This document shows positions 40,168 to 54,300 of a stretch of DNA of 64,000 bases, piece by piece. How positions within the stretch are numbered: position 1 is the stretch's first letter; every line of letters starts with the position of its first letter. A program made the position numbers and the translations under genes. The DNA is taken from positions 196,478,001 to 196,542,000 of the forward strand of contig OZ024742.1 of NCBI GenBank assembly GCA_964016885.1, read 5' to 3'. Source of the stretch: Eledone cirrhosa. Lineage: Eukaryota. Under the pieces are notes generated by a model. That model was not told the DNA's origin, did not search any database, and saw nothing but the letters and a program-made list of their open reading frames with translations.

Positions 40168-43100
40168 AAGTCAGTCAACGCGATCAGTCGCACATTTTGG
40201 CGTCAGAGACAATTCATTAAATTTAAGATGAATACTATCTCCGAGAGTAATGCCACAACTACCAGTCATGTTGAATAACTGGTTATTCTTCTAACTATAT
40301 CCACGGAAGATACCTTTTATTCGAATTCGTAGAGATATACGACTAAATACATAGTTCATTTTACAAGGATTTGCTACAAACAGCATGGCTGACCACAACA
40401 TCAACAACAACATCAGTGGAATACCGAAGAAAAACGAGAAAGGTAAACAAAATTTATTCAGTTGTAGCTACAGAAGAAACCAAAATTATAAATCGCATTT
40501 CTCTTGGAGTTGTGAACTTAATGATGATTTGTTTAATTGTTATAGAATGGCAAAAAACAATCCCTCCATTGGCTATATGAACAGAATGAAGCTACACTGG
40601 GACGAAATGCACCCAGAGCTAAATCACTTCACAGCGAAACAATTATGCCAACAAGCGACGTTTGTTGAACGTAAAAATAAGATAAATATTATTAATTGTA
40701 AGTCCCCCAGAACAAACATGGAATCAACAACACGTGCTACAGGTCGCCATGCTACTAGACTTCCTAGCAGCCAGGTCGAACAGTGCCTCGAAACAACTAT
40801 GCCTGTAAGAAATTTGACACCACGTGTACCATCTAAGTCTACCTCGAATGCTGGGGAAAACACTATCGATAATAATAATAATCGAAGAAATTTGACACCA
40901 CGTGTACCATCCGAGTCTACCTCGACTATTGTGGAAAATTCTATCGATAATGATAATCAAAAGTATAAACAATTGAAAATTTCCCTCAACGAAATCTTCC
41001 AGAGAGAAATTAATTCATGTATAAATATCTCTCTGGCTGAACGTATTAAAACAACAATATTTTATAATAAAAAAAACAAATAATTGTTTCTACTTTTGGC
41101 ACAAGGCCAGCCATTACCTAGTACATTACTGGTACTTTATTTTATCGACCCCGTAAGGATGAAAGGCAAAGTGAACCTCGGCGGGATTTGAACTCAGACC
41201 GTAAAGGGACGTAACTATGCTGGAAAGCAGGACGTCCGACTCTCTACTGATACTGCCAATCCACAATGAAATATTACGTGTTATTGAAGAAATAGGGGAT
41301 GAATATTTACGACGGATAAAAACCCCAACATTTTGGCAAATCAACGCCTGTTTATATGCCTTAGTAACGACAGTGAAGCATTATCTTGGTGATAGCAGAG
41401 ATATTAACAAGAACAAAACACCACCAAAAATGCCATCATATATAACTAAAATAGAAAAAAAGATTGCTGACCTACGAAAAACCATAGGATATGTGACAAT
41501 GCTCCTTACATGCAAACAAATACAAAAAAACTTCACTCCTCACCAACAAAGAGTGACAAATAAAATAGAGACGATGTTTGGTGACAGTAGAACCAGAACT
41601 CTTCAATATAAGCTGATCACCCTCAAACAAGAATTGAGAGCTGTTAGCGAAAAACGCCGATACCCGAAGAAGGTAGATGAAAGAAAAGTGCTTAATAAAA
41701 GATTCAGAGAAAACCAAACATCAGTCTATAGAGATATGAAGGGCAAAATAATAAGTGACACTGAGGCCCCATCCCAGAAAGATATAGATTCCTTTTGGAG
41801 AAAAATATGGGATGATAGGAAGAATTTCAACCAAGATGCAGTGTGGCTAAAAGAAATCCAAAAGAACTATTTCTCCTACACTACAACAAAAACATACGAA
41901 ATAAGTGAGACTGTGATAGGAAAACTCCAAGATAAGAAAACACCAGGAAGAGACCTGATTGTCGGCTACTGGTACAAAAAAATGATATTCTATCGGAGAT
42001 ATCTTACCAACCTCTACCAACAAGTTCTTAAGGGAGATACGCTTATACCAGAATGGTTGACATTAGCACAAACATTACTGGTCCCCAAGAACAAAGACAC
42101 CCACTTGGCAAAAAACTACCGCCCCATTGCATGCCAGAACCTGATGTATCAGATGTATACAGCCTGCCTGAACCTATTCCTCCAAGATCAGTGTGAAAAT
42201 AATGACATCATCACAGATGAACAAGCAGCTGGAAAGAAAGGGGTTTGGGGATGTGCTGAACAACTCTTAATCAACAAAACTGCGATGTTGGAGATGCGAC
42301 AACTTAGGGGGAATATCGTTACAGTCTGGCTGGACTACAGGAAAGCTTTCGATTCTGTTCCCCACTCTTGGATGATAAAGGCCCTCCGACTTGCTAAAGT
42401 CCCAGACATTATTATCAGAGCCATAGAGAAGCTGTCTTCTTCTTGGGCTATTATCCTAAAGTTAAAGACAGAGAAGGAAACTCTATTTTCATTGGTAAAA
42501 TAAAATATTACAGGCGTATATTTCAGAGAGACAGTCTCTCTGTTATATTATTCATCTTGTCATTAATACCCCCTTGTCCTTTCTGCTCAAGAAATGTGAA
42601 GGATACATCATTGTCTCACAGGAGAATAGAAATACGAACCTAATCCATAATTTCTTTGTGGATGATCTGAAACTCTATGCCAAGAACATGGATGGGATGA
42701 AGAAAATTCTTGACCTGGTTACAACATTCTCAAAGGATATAAGAATGGAGTTTGGCCAAGATAAATGCTCATATATGACTGTAAAGCGGGAAAAAACAAC
42801 AACCCAATCTAGCAAAATTTGTATCAATGGCCTAACTGTTTCACCAATATCTGATGAGGACTGCTACAGATACCTGGGGATAGATGAGAATATATCCTAT
42901 AATGGTATTTGTAATAAGGAATGCGTAACCAGGGAATACTACACCCGATTAAGAAAGATTTGGTCATCGGAACTGTCTGCGCAAAACAAAATAGTGGCTC
43001 ACAATGTGTTTTCTGTGCCTGTCCTAACACCAACTTTTGGAATACTCATTAGACGATAGACGAAATCCAAGCAATTGATGTTAGAACTCGAAAAATACTA

Positions 43101-44420
43101 AACAATACCGGAAACTTCCACATCAACAGTGACATAGACCGCCTTTACTTGAAACGTAAGCAGGGAGGCAGAGGCCTAATATCAGTCCAGACAGCATTTG
43201 AATGTCGCATCATATCTCTCCGACAACATCTACGAACCTCAAAGCGTAGGAGCCTGTTTCTCGAGCAAGTCTATCTGCATGAAACAGATAAGATCATGAG
43301 AGTTGGGAAGGAACTCCTCGAGAGATATTCCCTGTGTGATAATCAAAAACTCACACCCAAGTCGCTCGGCAGTATCGCAGTGAATCCATGGATGAAAAAC
43401 CGCATGCTTATCAGCAAAACATCATGCATGTATATTGCCAGGAAGCGCCAGAGTGAGAGTAATATAGATAAGGAAAGTAGTCTATCTTGGACCAACAACC
43501 ACTATATTGGCTCCCACTTTGAAGGATACGCTTTTGCAATCCAAGAACAGGAAATCAACACGATTCACAAAAGAGATAGGGCTGCAGGAAAATACCTAGA
43601 TGTGATAACAAGTGCAGACTCTGCAGAATTAACATCGAAGATGTCACCCATGTATTAAGCCGCTGTCCAAAGATGTCATCGCGGTACTATCTACATATGA
43701 GGCATGATATAGTGGCCAAAACACTGCACGATGCAATTCGTAAAAAAGAGAGCCCCGATAATAAACACATTAAAAGCTACTGCAATGTGGAAGACATACA
43801 TATGCATAATATGAAAGAGTACTGGTGGAATGTTAAAGTAAAAACGCCAATAAAATGCAGGCAGAACAGACCAGATATTATGATATGGGACAGGAAAAAG
43901 ATGGCACGCACAGTAATGGAAATTAGCTGCCCAGCAGATGCCAATATAATATCAAAGATTAGCGAAAAGGAGAATATTTATGCAGAACTTATGCTCCACC
44001 CTGATTATACCTTCAGATTTATGCCTGTGATTATTGAGGTACTGGGTTATGTTAGTAACTGCCTCAATACAAATCTTGAGAAGCTTCACAGGAACAGAAA
44101 GAACACAGCTAGCTAGGAAATTACAAGTACAACCCATTAATGGAACAGTAAAAATATGTAAAACGTGCTAAACATTTTGCATCTAATACTGTATATACAC
44201 ATGTACAGACACTAAGCCTATACACATGCACACATACAACTCAGAACATACACATCCACACATACAATAACATCCATATCTACACATGCAGACATGCATA
44301 AATATCTACCTAGTTGATGTTGTGTAAATTCCAACGAGAGAGTCTTGTGTCTATGTTAGAAACCGACTCTCTCCCTCTATTGGCAAACATTTGTGAAATT
44401 ATAAACCCAGAAGTACATAC
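40168..44420 (+). mobile_element. Near-full-length degenerate R4/Dong-clade non-LTR retrotransposon (RT + CCHC + restriction-like endonuclease)
   Basis: NYRPIAC, WLDYRKAFDSVPH, IFQRDSLS, FVDD, YRYLG, GGRGL, CRLC..H..C, RHD, RPD..E..K motifs; no APE; flanked by (CATA)n on both sides; many frameshifts. Confidence 0.88.
41083..41262 (-). mobile_element. SINE inserted in the R4-type ORF
   Basis: Reverse complement of the 61933-62117 family. Confidence 0.85.
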
Positions 44421-44434
44421 ATATATATAAATAT

Positions 44435-45872
<1,438 letters not shown>

Positions 45873-46462
45873 TACATGAACGGCAAAGCATAAACAAATT
45901 GAGAGAGAGACTAAGCATACGAGGTATCAAATATTGTGTGCAGGAAGGAGATTGCATTGGTATGGACATGTGATACATATGAAGGACCACAGCTGTATAA
46001 AAAAGTTCAGAGCGATCAAAATTAATGGAAGCTATGGAGTAGGTAGACCCAGAAAAATCTGGGATAAAGTGATAAAAACTGACCTTGCTCACTTACACCT
46101 CTCTAAGACAATGTCACTGGATCGAGATCTTTGATGCTATGCAGTAATATACAATATCTGCTTTCGCTTACAGTCAGTAGGCACCTCTTAACCCAATATA
46201 GACCCCACCCCACACACCCTACTCCATCCTCCCACTTCCGCCCACACCACCCTTTCTCTGTAAAGTTATGTTGGTACCATAGAACATCCAGCCCACACAA
46301 ATGTGGTCGTGTAGGTGTCACAACAAAAAGCACCCAGTCAACACTGTAAAGTGGTTGTGTAGGAGACACGGTAAAAAGCACCCAGTTCACACTGTAAAAG
46401 TGGTTGGCGCTAGGAAGAGAATCCAGCCAGAAACAGTTCTATATGAGCGAGACACAGTCACC
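45873..46462 (+). mobile_element. RTE 3' portion, truncated in the UTR
   Basis: RRLHWYGHV...GRPRKIW followed by UTR. Confidence 0.85.
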
Positions 46463-46847
46463 TGAGCCCTCTTTGGAGTTTAGTCTTCACATTTATTATT
46501 ACAATATAGTAATAATAAATGTGAAGACTAAACTCCAAAGAGGGCTCAATAAGGATTATATTATATATATATAAAATATATATATAATATAAAAAAAAAC
46601 ATAGAACAAATATTCAATAAATGTACAGATTAAAGTTTAAGCAAAGAATCGCTGTTATCATCCTTTTACGGGAACTTCTGAAAGATTTCTGAAACAAATT
46701 GAGTTTCAGAAGATTCCGTAAAAGGGTGAAAGCAGCGATTCTTTGCTTAAACTTTAATCTGTACAAATAATAAATATTTGCTCTATGGGTTTTATATATA
46801 TAATCCTTATCAAGTCCTCTTCAGATTTTAGTCTTCATAATTATTAT

Positions 46848-46855
<8 letters not shown>
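46463..46855. repeat. Compound fold-back P5
   Basis: Perfect 40-bp hairpin 46463-46548 overlapping an older imperfect inverted repeat (about 46505-46683 and 46700-46855). Confidence 0.8.
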
Positions 46856-46912
<57 letters not shown>

Positions 46913-46916
<4 letters not shown>

Positions 46917-47683
46917 TAGGTACACGTACATACACATATGTATACAGACGTAAAGTAGTATGTATATATATATATGCATACATGCACACATATATATATA
47001 TGCACGTATGGATTCACCGAACATTTATTATAATGCTCGGTGTGTTTGTAAACAAACATCCCGTATTAAGCCGTAGTGTCTAGCAACCATCGTTGCTCGT
47101 TTGTTCAACACTGACAAAGGAACGCTGTACCAGTTTCAGGCTTATTAGCTATCGTCAGCAACGTATACCTTCCTGCCAGACTGTTGAACGTATATACTTA
47201 CCTTATGCATATTAACGGCTGAGTAGCCCAATTTGCATATCGAGTGGGTTAATCGGCCGGGTGCACCGATAACGATAAACGGAAAAAATGAAACGAAATT
47301 TCATTTCCCACTCTTAGTACGGCTGTTACTTAAAAATAAGTAGGTACACGTACATACACATATGTATACAGACGTACAGTAGTATGTATGTATATATATA
47401 TATATATATATACATACATGCACACATATATATATGCACGTATGGATTCACCGAACATTTATTATAATGCTCGGTGTGTTTGTAAACAAACATCCCGTAT
47501 TAAGCCGTAGTGTCTAGCAACCATCGTTGCTCATTTTACAGCGTTCCTTTGACAGTGTTGAATAAACGAGCAACGATGGTTGCTAGACACTACGGCTTAA
47601 TACGGTATGTTTGTTTACAAACACACCGAGCATTATAATAAATGTTCGGTGAATCCATACGTGCATATATATATGTGTGCATG

Positions 47684-47735
<52 letters not shown>

Positions 47736-47843
47736 CTACTGTACGTCTGTATACATATGTGTATGGACGTGTACCTACTTATATTTAAGTAACAGCCGTA
47801 CTAAGAGTGGGAAATGAAATTTCGTTTCATTTTTTCCGTTTAT
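46913..47843. mobile_element. HHR-delimited ~430-nt non-coding unit: partial tandem on the minus strand plus an inverted copy (palindrome P4)
   Basis: 47275-47532 is the reverse complement of 47568-47843; 46913-47092 directly repeats 47336-47532; HHR at 47122-47164. Confidence 0.85.
47122..47164 (-). ncRNA. Minimal type I hammerhead ribozyme (stem II slightly degenerate)
   Basis: ACGUUG-CUGACGA-uaGCU aaua AGCcu-GAAA-C ug G-UA/CAGCGU. Confidence 0.7.
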
Positions 47844-47847
47844 ATAT

Positions 47848-47971
<124 letters not shown>

Positions 47972-48312
47972 ATAAACGGAAAAAATGAAACGAAATTTCT
48001 TTTATATATATATATATATATATAAATTATGTCCATAGAATCATTTGATAAGATATATACACCATTTCCTCCCCCAATTAGCATAATCAACCACACAAAA
48101 ACCAATTAAACCAGGCTATAAGATTAAATGGCACCTATGAAGAAATAATAGATAAATAAACGACAGCCATCTATTCGCGATCAACAGCTATGGAATATTT
48201 ACCCAGCATTTCAATAGCACGTGGAAATCGATTAAATATATCGTCAACCATACACAATTAGGTATAAAATTAAAGTTAGAAGAAAAAATGCATATACACA
48301 TACCAGGATTAC

Positions 48313-48394
48313 GTTTCTACCCTTTAGGGTTTCGTTCGCTTTTTGAGATATCCTATCAAGGATAAATTCTCGAGCTTCGAACTCATCAGGAAAC
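48313..48394 (-). ncRNA. Canonical type I hammerhead ribozyme with stable stem III
   Basis: GUUUC-CUGAUGA-GUUCG...(extended hairpin)...CGAAC-GAAA-CCC uaaa GGG-UA/GAAAC. All core nucleotides are present and the three stems are perfect. Confidence 0.92.
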
Positions 48395-48673
48395 AAACTC
48401 ACTTGGACGAAGATTTTTCTTAAATGATCCCCGCCAGAAACGAATTCAAAATGGCTAAGAACTGTGACGTATATATATATATACGATGACAGAAGAGTTA
48501 AGTCACAAGTAACAGATACCACACAAGGTACATAGATATATATATATACACATATATTATTTTATGTATATATATATATATGCATGCATATTGGTTTCTG
48601 ATTTAGGCACAAGGCGAGCAATTTTGGGGATGGGGAAAGTCAATTAAATCAACCCTAGTGCATTACTGGTACT

Positions 48674-48838
48674 CAGTGCCAGATTTACCATTGTGGTTAG
48701 GTGTGCTTAAGTACAGGGACTCTGTTGGCCAGGGGTGCCATCTTCCTGCCAAAAAACTTTTTACCTCCTTCAGGGCCTAAGTAAAGGGCCTCATAACTTA
48801 ACTAGCACAGGGCCTCATTTGTCCTAAATCCGGCACTG
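48674..48838. mobile_element. MITE (hAT-like TIRs) nested in a SINE
   Basis: 14-bp TIRs CAGTGCCAGATTTA / TAAATCCGGCACTG; interrupts a SINE spanning 48590-48875; no clear TSD. Confidence 0.65.
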
Positions 48839-49289
48839 TTTATACCTGTAAGGATGAAAGGCAAAGTTAATCTCGTGTATATTAATTGACGTTTGAATGC
48901 CAAAAGCAAAAGAAAAGATCTCACCAGTTTCAGAGGGTCTGTGAAGGCCCTCAACATTGCCTTGTCCTCACGACCTACCAAATAATATAAATAAATAAAT
49001 ATATAAATAAATATATTACTAATAAAAAAAAAACAAGGTGCAAACACACAAATAAAACACAAATAGTTAAATAAATCTGTTTATTTTTGTCTGTGGTATA
49101 AAGAGAGTGATTTCATTTGTTAACGAGGTATTAGAGGCTATTTTGGTAGATACAGCCTGATATTTATTTAAAGATATTTAAAATAGCTAAAATGACAGAA
49201 ATACACAGTTACAGCAAATAACCTGTGAGGTCGGCCAAGTAAAAGTGAATGAATTCTTTGTAAGAATGGAAATAAGATACTCTACTGTC

Positions 49290-49790
49290 TACCTGTCTGT
49301 CTGCCTGTCTCTCTCTCTCTCTCTCTCTCTCTCCCCCCCTCTCCCCCCCTCTCCCCCTCTCTCTTGCCGTCTCCCCCCTCTCTCTCTCCCTCTCTTTTTC
49401 CATCTCTCTCCCCCTCTCTCTCTCTCTCCTGCTCTCTCTTCCTCTCTCTCTCCCTCTCCCTCTCTCTTCGTCTCTCTCACTCTCTCTCATTCTCTCGCTC
49501 TCTCCCCACCCTCCCGCTCTCTCTCCTCTTCCCCCTCTCTTTCTCTCTCCCTCTTTCTCTCATTATATCTCCCTCACCCACACTCAACCCACCCACCCCT
49601 CTTCCTATCCCTCTCTTTCCCTCTCTCTCCTTCACCATCTCCTTCCTACCTGTGTATTTACCTAGCTCATATATATCTCCGTCTCTCCCTCTCTATTTCC
49701 CCTCCTCACTCTCTCCTCCTCTATTTATCTCTGTCGTTCAACTCTTTCTCTCTTCTCTCTTTTCGCTTTCACCTTCTCTGTCTGATTTAG
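49290..49790. repeat. CT-rich low-complexity tract
   Basis: Polypyrimidine (CT)n degenerate repeat. Confidence 0.9.
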
Positions 49791-49827
49791 TCTATCTGTG
49801 ATTGTATCTATGTGTGTATGTATGTAT

Positions 49828-50382
49828 GTTTATCTCTTTCTCTTAATTTCGAGTATATTTTTGACCAGCCACCTTCCTGGTGGCAAGGTTGTAAAAGAAA
49901 AGAAATTGTCATCCCTTGAATCGCAAGAATGTTTTGCAAATTTTGAAGGTGCCAGCTATCGCAGCCATTTGTAGACTATGAATTAGGGAGCTGCGCTCTT
50001 TGTCCGCAAATCCAAATTAACCCGTAGCTCCAATAATATCAGGCCGGTTGTGCATTAATTTGGTGGCAGTTTTTATTTTCGGGTTCCACCAGTATTCTTT
50101 AGTGCCATCTGTCTCAATATATTCTTCCTCGCTTGTTTTTAATTTTGTTTTCCGAAGTGCGTTCCAGATGGTTCTAGCTATTCCATCGTGTCTCGTGGGG
50201 AGGTAGTAGCGAGATGATACTCTTTCGCAGCTGGCAACAACGTGGCTTACATCTTCGATCTTTGTTTTACATAGCCTACATTTATTGTCAGCTGATGGCC
50301 CTCCTCTTTTGTGCAGCAGATATTTGGTAGGGAGTTCTTGTTCTTGTATTGCATAGAGATATCCCTCAAGGTGTGATGTCAT
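49828..50382 (-). mobile_element. R4-type LINE 3' fragment interrupted by the Gypsy element (continues at 56863-56915)
   Basis: SHLEGYLYAIQEQE, CRLC..H..C, RHD and RPD motifs; the upstream part INHSKSLAW lies beyond the 3' LTR. Confidence 0.85.
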
Positions 50383-50872
50383 TGTAGCAAGAGTTGCCTC
50401 CCTTGTTATGACAATCACATCACCGCTCTCTAGACAGGAAGTAGCTGGAGTTACTTCCCGTTGGGGTGGCAGAACCCTTTTTGTCACTTCCGTCCGGAGA
50501 CCCTATAAAAGGGACAGGTCAGGGCGATCTCACCCTCTCGTCTCCTGAATCCCAAAGTGTTAACAGCACCTGCGACCTTGTCATGAGATTACTCCTCTCT
50601 CATTTCCTTCGCCATCAAGAAGAAGAATTCCTCCCTCATTTCCTTCGCCACTCAAGAAGAATGCCACCGGCAGCCTAAGAAGATGTTAACACCCCCAAGA
50701 GAAGATCTCTGTTCTTCTCCACACACTTCAGCCTAGGAGTTGTGACCAACGGGTAACCATTTATTTATATTAATCCATTTGACTTCTGTGAAGTAAAACC
50801 TTGTCACAACACACCGGCATTTATTGTCATTTATGATAATGCATATATGTACACCGATACTAATCTCCTAAA
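50383..50872 (+). repeat. 5' LTR
   Basis: TGTAG...CTAAA; TATA-like CTATAAAAG near 50503; about 8 substitutions versus the 3' LTR. Confidence 0.95.
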
Positions 50873-50873
50873 G

Positions 50874-50892
50874 TGGTGACCCCCGACGTGAT
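50874..50892 (+). promoter_or_regulatory. Primer-binding site complementary to tRNA-Trp
   Basis: TGGTGACCCCCGACGTGAT, one C longer than the canonical TGGTGACCCCGACGTGAT. Confidence 0.9.
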
Positions 50893-51344
50893 TTTTAAAA
50901 AAGGGAAATAGTACAAGGTGTATATAAAAAAAGAGAAGAAAGAAAAAAAAAATTTAATACAAAACCTACAGTTATTGACACACAAACAGACAGCAATTGT
51001 ATGAATGTTTTTGCCTTTTTTTCTCTCCTTTTCTGCTCTTCTCTGGCTAAACATTTTGAGGATGACAAGATGGAGGCTTTCTTCTCCATCATTAGTGTTT
51101 TTGGCGCGAAATAGTCCGCCATGTTGGATTTTGTTTTAAGTTCCTTTCCCTTACCTTAGTCATAACATCATTCAGTTAGTCGCTTCTTTGCATATTGTCC
51201 CAGATGCATTATTTTTCCGGTCCAATGGTTTGACAGAGAAAAATAAGCGATTTTGTTTTCCTTTTCTGTTGTGTTGGAGACATTTTTCCAAACGGAGACG
51301 ATTATTATTTTTTTTTGTTCTTGCTAAATTACCTACGGTATACC

Positions 51345-54300
51345 AATGGCTTCTCACTCTGTTCTGCCAACGTACACGGGCGACGTAAGGCTATGGTTCG
51401 CCCAACTCGAAGCATTTTTAGAGGCGAACAGAGTTGACGAGGCACTACAACGTCTTCTGGTGCAATTCCGCCGGCATTTCTCCCAGCTATTAAGGACCTG
51501 GTGTTAGAGACACCCACAGACTCGACGTACACATCTCTGAAGGCTGAAATACTCAGCCGGACAGAACAGTCTGCAGAAAAAAGGTTTAGAGCTTTGGTCC
51601 ATCTGGAGCATATAGGGGATGGCACCCCATCGAACCTCCTAAGGCGAATGAAGGACCTAACGGAGGAGTCGGTAGCGGAAACTGCCCTGCTGAAGCAGTT
51701 GTTCTTCTCGCGCCTGCCGACCAACGTACAGGCAATTTTGGCCCCTATGAGGGATACAAGTACGGTGGATCAGCTTGCCGCCTCTGCGGACAAAGTTTTC
51801 GAGGTGACGAGTGCCGGAGGCAGCGAACCCCTCGCCGCTGCTCACCACCCAGCTCGGGCCACACTCGGCCATGCCATCTACGCGGCAGCGCCAATAGACA
51901 GCTCAACCATTATGGCGATGCATTCAGGAACTCACCATAGAGCTCCACAAGATGAAGGCCTTGTGTGGTGCCCGTCCGCGCCCCCGCAGTCGCGGGAGAT
52001 CGCAAAGTTTTAGACGTCGTTCAAAATCACTAGCTTCATCTTTATGCTGGTACCACGAGCGATTTGCTGAGAGCGCGAACTACTGCGTGCAACCTTGCTC
52101 GTTTCATAAGGCGGGAAGCGCCTAAGAGGTCCGCTGATGGAGACAGTTGACCTCAACATAAAGCCACCAAACCGCCATTTCTTCATTAAGGACCTAATGT
52201 CGGGAAGAGGTTTCCTCGTGGATACAGGAGCCTCCTGTAGTACTTGGCCGGTCTATTGCCTGAAAGATACCCCCATAGAGTCATCTGTTACGCTGCAGGC
52301 AGTTAACAACTCATCTATAAAGACGTACGGGCAAATCTCGCTTCCTCTCAAATTCCTAAATCTTCGTAGGGATTTTAAGTTGATTTTTACGGTTGCCGAT
52401 TTTCCATACTCCATCTTAGGAACGAATTTCCTACACAACTTCTTTTTGTCTGTGGACGTCCGTGGCCAACGCCTGGTGGATAACATCACCGGTTTTTCAA
52501 TTCATGTCCAGGAAGCCAATGCTCCAATAGTCAGCCCCATATTCTTCATCACTGCCGCTGGAGACGCCTACCATTCGTTGCTGGGTTCTTTCCCGGAGCT
52601 CACGGATGGAAATTTTTGAGTCACTGAGCCAACACACTCGACCGCACATTTCGTTTCCACCACTGGTGCTCCAGTGTTTTCGTGTCCACGCCGCTTACCG
52701 GTGGAAAAATTAAAGGCAGCACGGTCCGAGTTCGACCATATGCTGCAGCTGGGCATTATTCGCCCATCTACGAGTCCTTGGGCTTCACCGTTACACATGG
52801 TGCCCAAGACTTCCGGCGACTGGAGACCCACTGGGCATTATAGGAGGTTAAATGCCATGACCGTCCCGGATAGGTATCCCATTCCCCATCTCCAGGATTT
52901 TGCATCTTCACTGCAGGGGTGTAAGATTTTTTTAAAGCTAGATTTAGTGCGAGCCTACCACCAACTTCCGGTCAGGAAGGAGGATATTCCGAAAACGGCG
53001 ATTACAACCTCTTTCGGATCCTTCGAATTTTTTACCATGCCTTTCGGACTCAGGAACGCTGCTAGCACTTTTCAGCAGTTCATAGACGAGGTCACTCGTA
53101 GTCTGGATTTCGTTTATGCTTACATAAACGATATTCTCGTCGCTAGTTCCTCTCCAGAAGAGTATATGCGCCACATGCATATCTTATTTCGGCGACTTCA
53201 GGATTACTGCGTTCGTGTGGATCCAGCAAAGTGTGTTTTCGGTTCCACTTCTCTAAATTTTTTAGGCCACCTCATCGACGCCGAAGGTATTAGGCCGCTC
53301 CCTCAGCGAGTTCAAGCCATACAGGAGTTACCTCCGCCTACTACACTTCACCAGTTGCGTTACTTCTTAGGCCTAATCAATTTCTATAGGCGTTTCGTTC
53401 CTCATTGTGCTAATTTGCTATCTTCCCTTACTGACATTTAAAAAAATCGTCGTAAGAAGAATGAGGATATTTCCTTGACACAAGGACAGCTTCAAGACTT
53501 CCAGACTGCCAAGACAGCACTCGCTAGTTCATCTTTGCTAGCCCACCGGGTACCAGAGGCCAAGCTTTCGCTTTGTGTTGATGCATCTGATACCGCTGTG
53601 GGAGCAGTTTTACAGCAGTCTTACGCTGAAAACCAACAACCTTTGGAATTGTTCTCGAGGAAGCTGAAACCAGCAGAAACGCGTTATAGCACGTTTAGGC
53701 GGGAATTATTAGCCATATATCTGTCAGTGAAACATTTCTCTCATATTCTTGAGGGGAGAAATTTTACAGTTTTTACCGACCACAAACCGTTGACCTTCGC
53801 TTTGAGGGATAAAGCCGACAGATATTCGTCCAGAGAGACAAGGCACCTGGACTACGTTTCACAATTTACAAACGATATCCAGCACATTGCTGGCTCGCAT
53901 AACATAGCTGCAGACGCATTGTCACGTTTGCCAATCAGCTCCATCTCGTCATCCCAGGAGATCGACTTAGGTCGTTTAGCTGCAGACCAACCTGCACTCC
54001 AATCGTTGGACACTCTTTCTGCTGAATTTGCGACTTGCATTTTCAAATATCTGCCCTTGTCCACCACCGATGTGATGTATCTACGGATTCACCACGACCA
54101 CTTGTTCCTGAGACTCACCGTCGAATTGTGTTTCTGGCTTTGCACAACATTTCTCACCCAGGATCTGCTGCCACAGTAAAGCTCATAACAGCCAGATTCT
54201 TCTGGCCAAATATGAGGCGCGACATTGCTGCTTGGTGCCGTTCCTGCATCGCTTGCCAGAAATCGAAAATCCATAGACACATCCGGACTCCACTTGGTAC

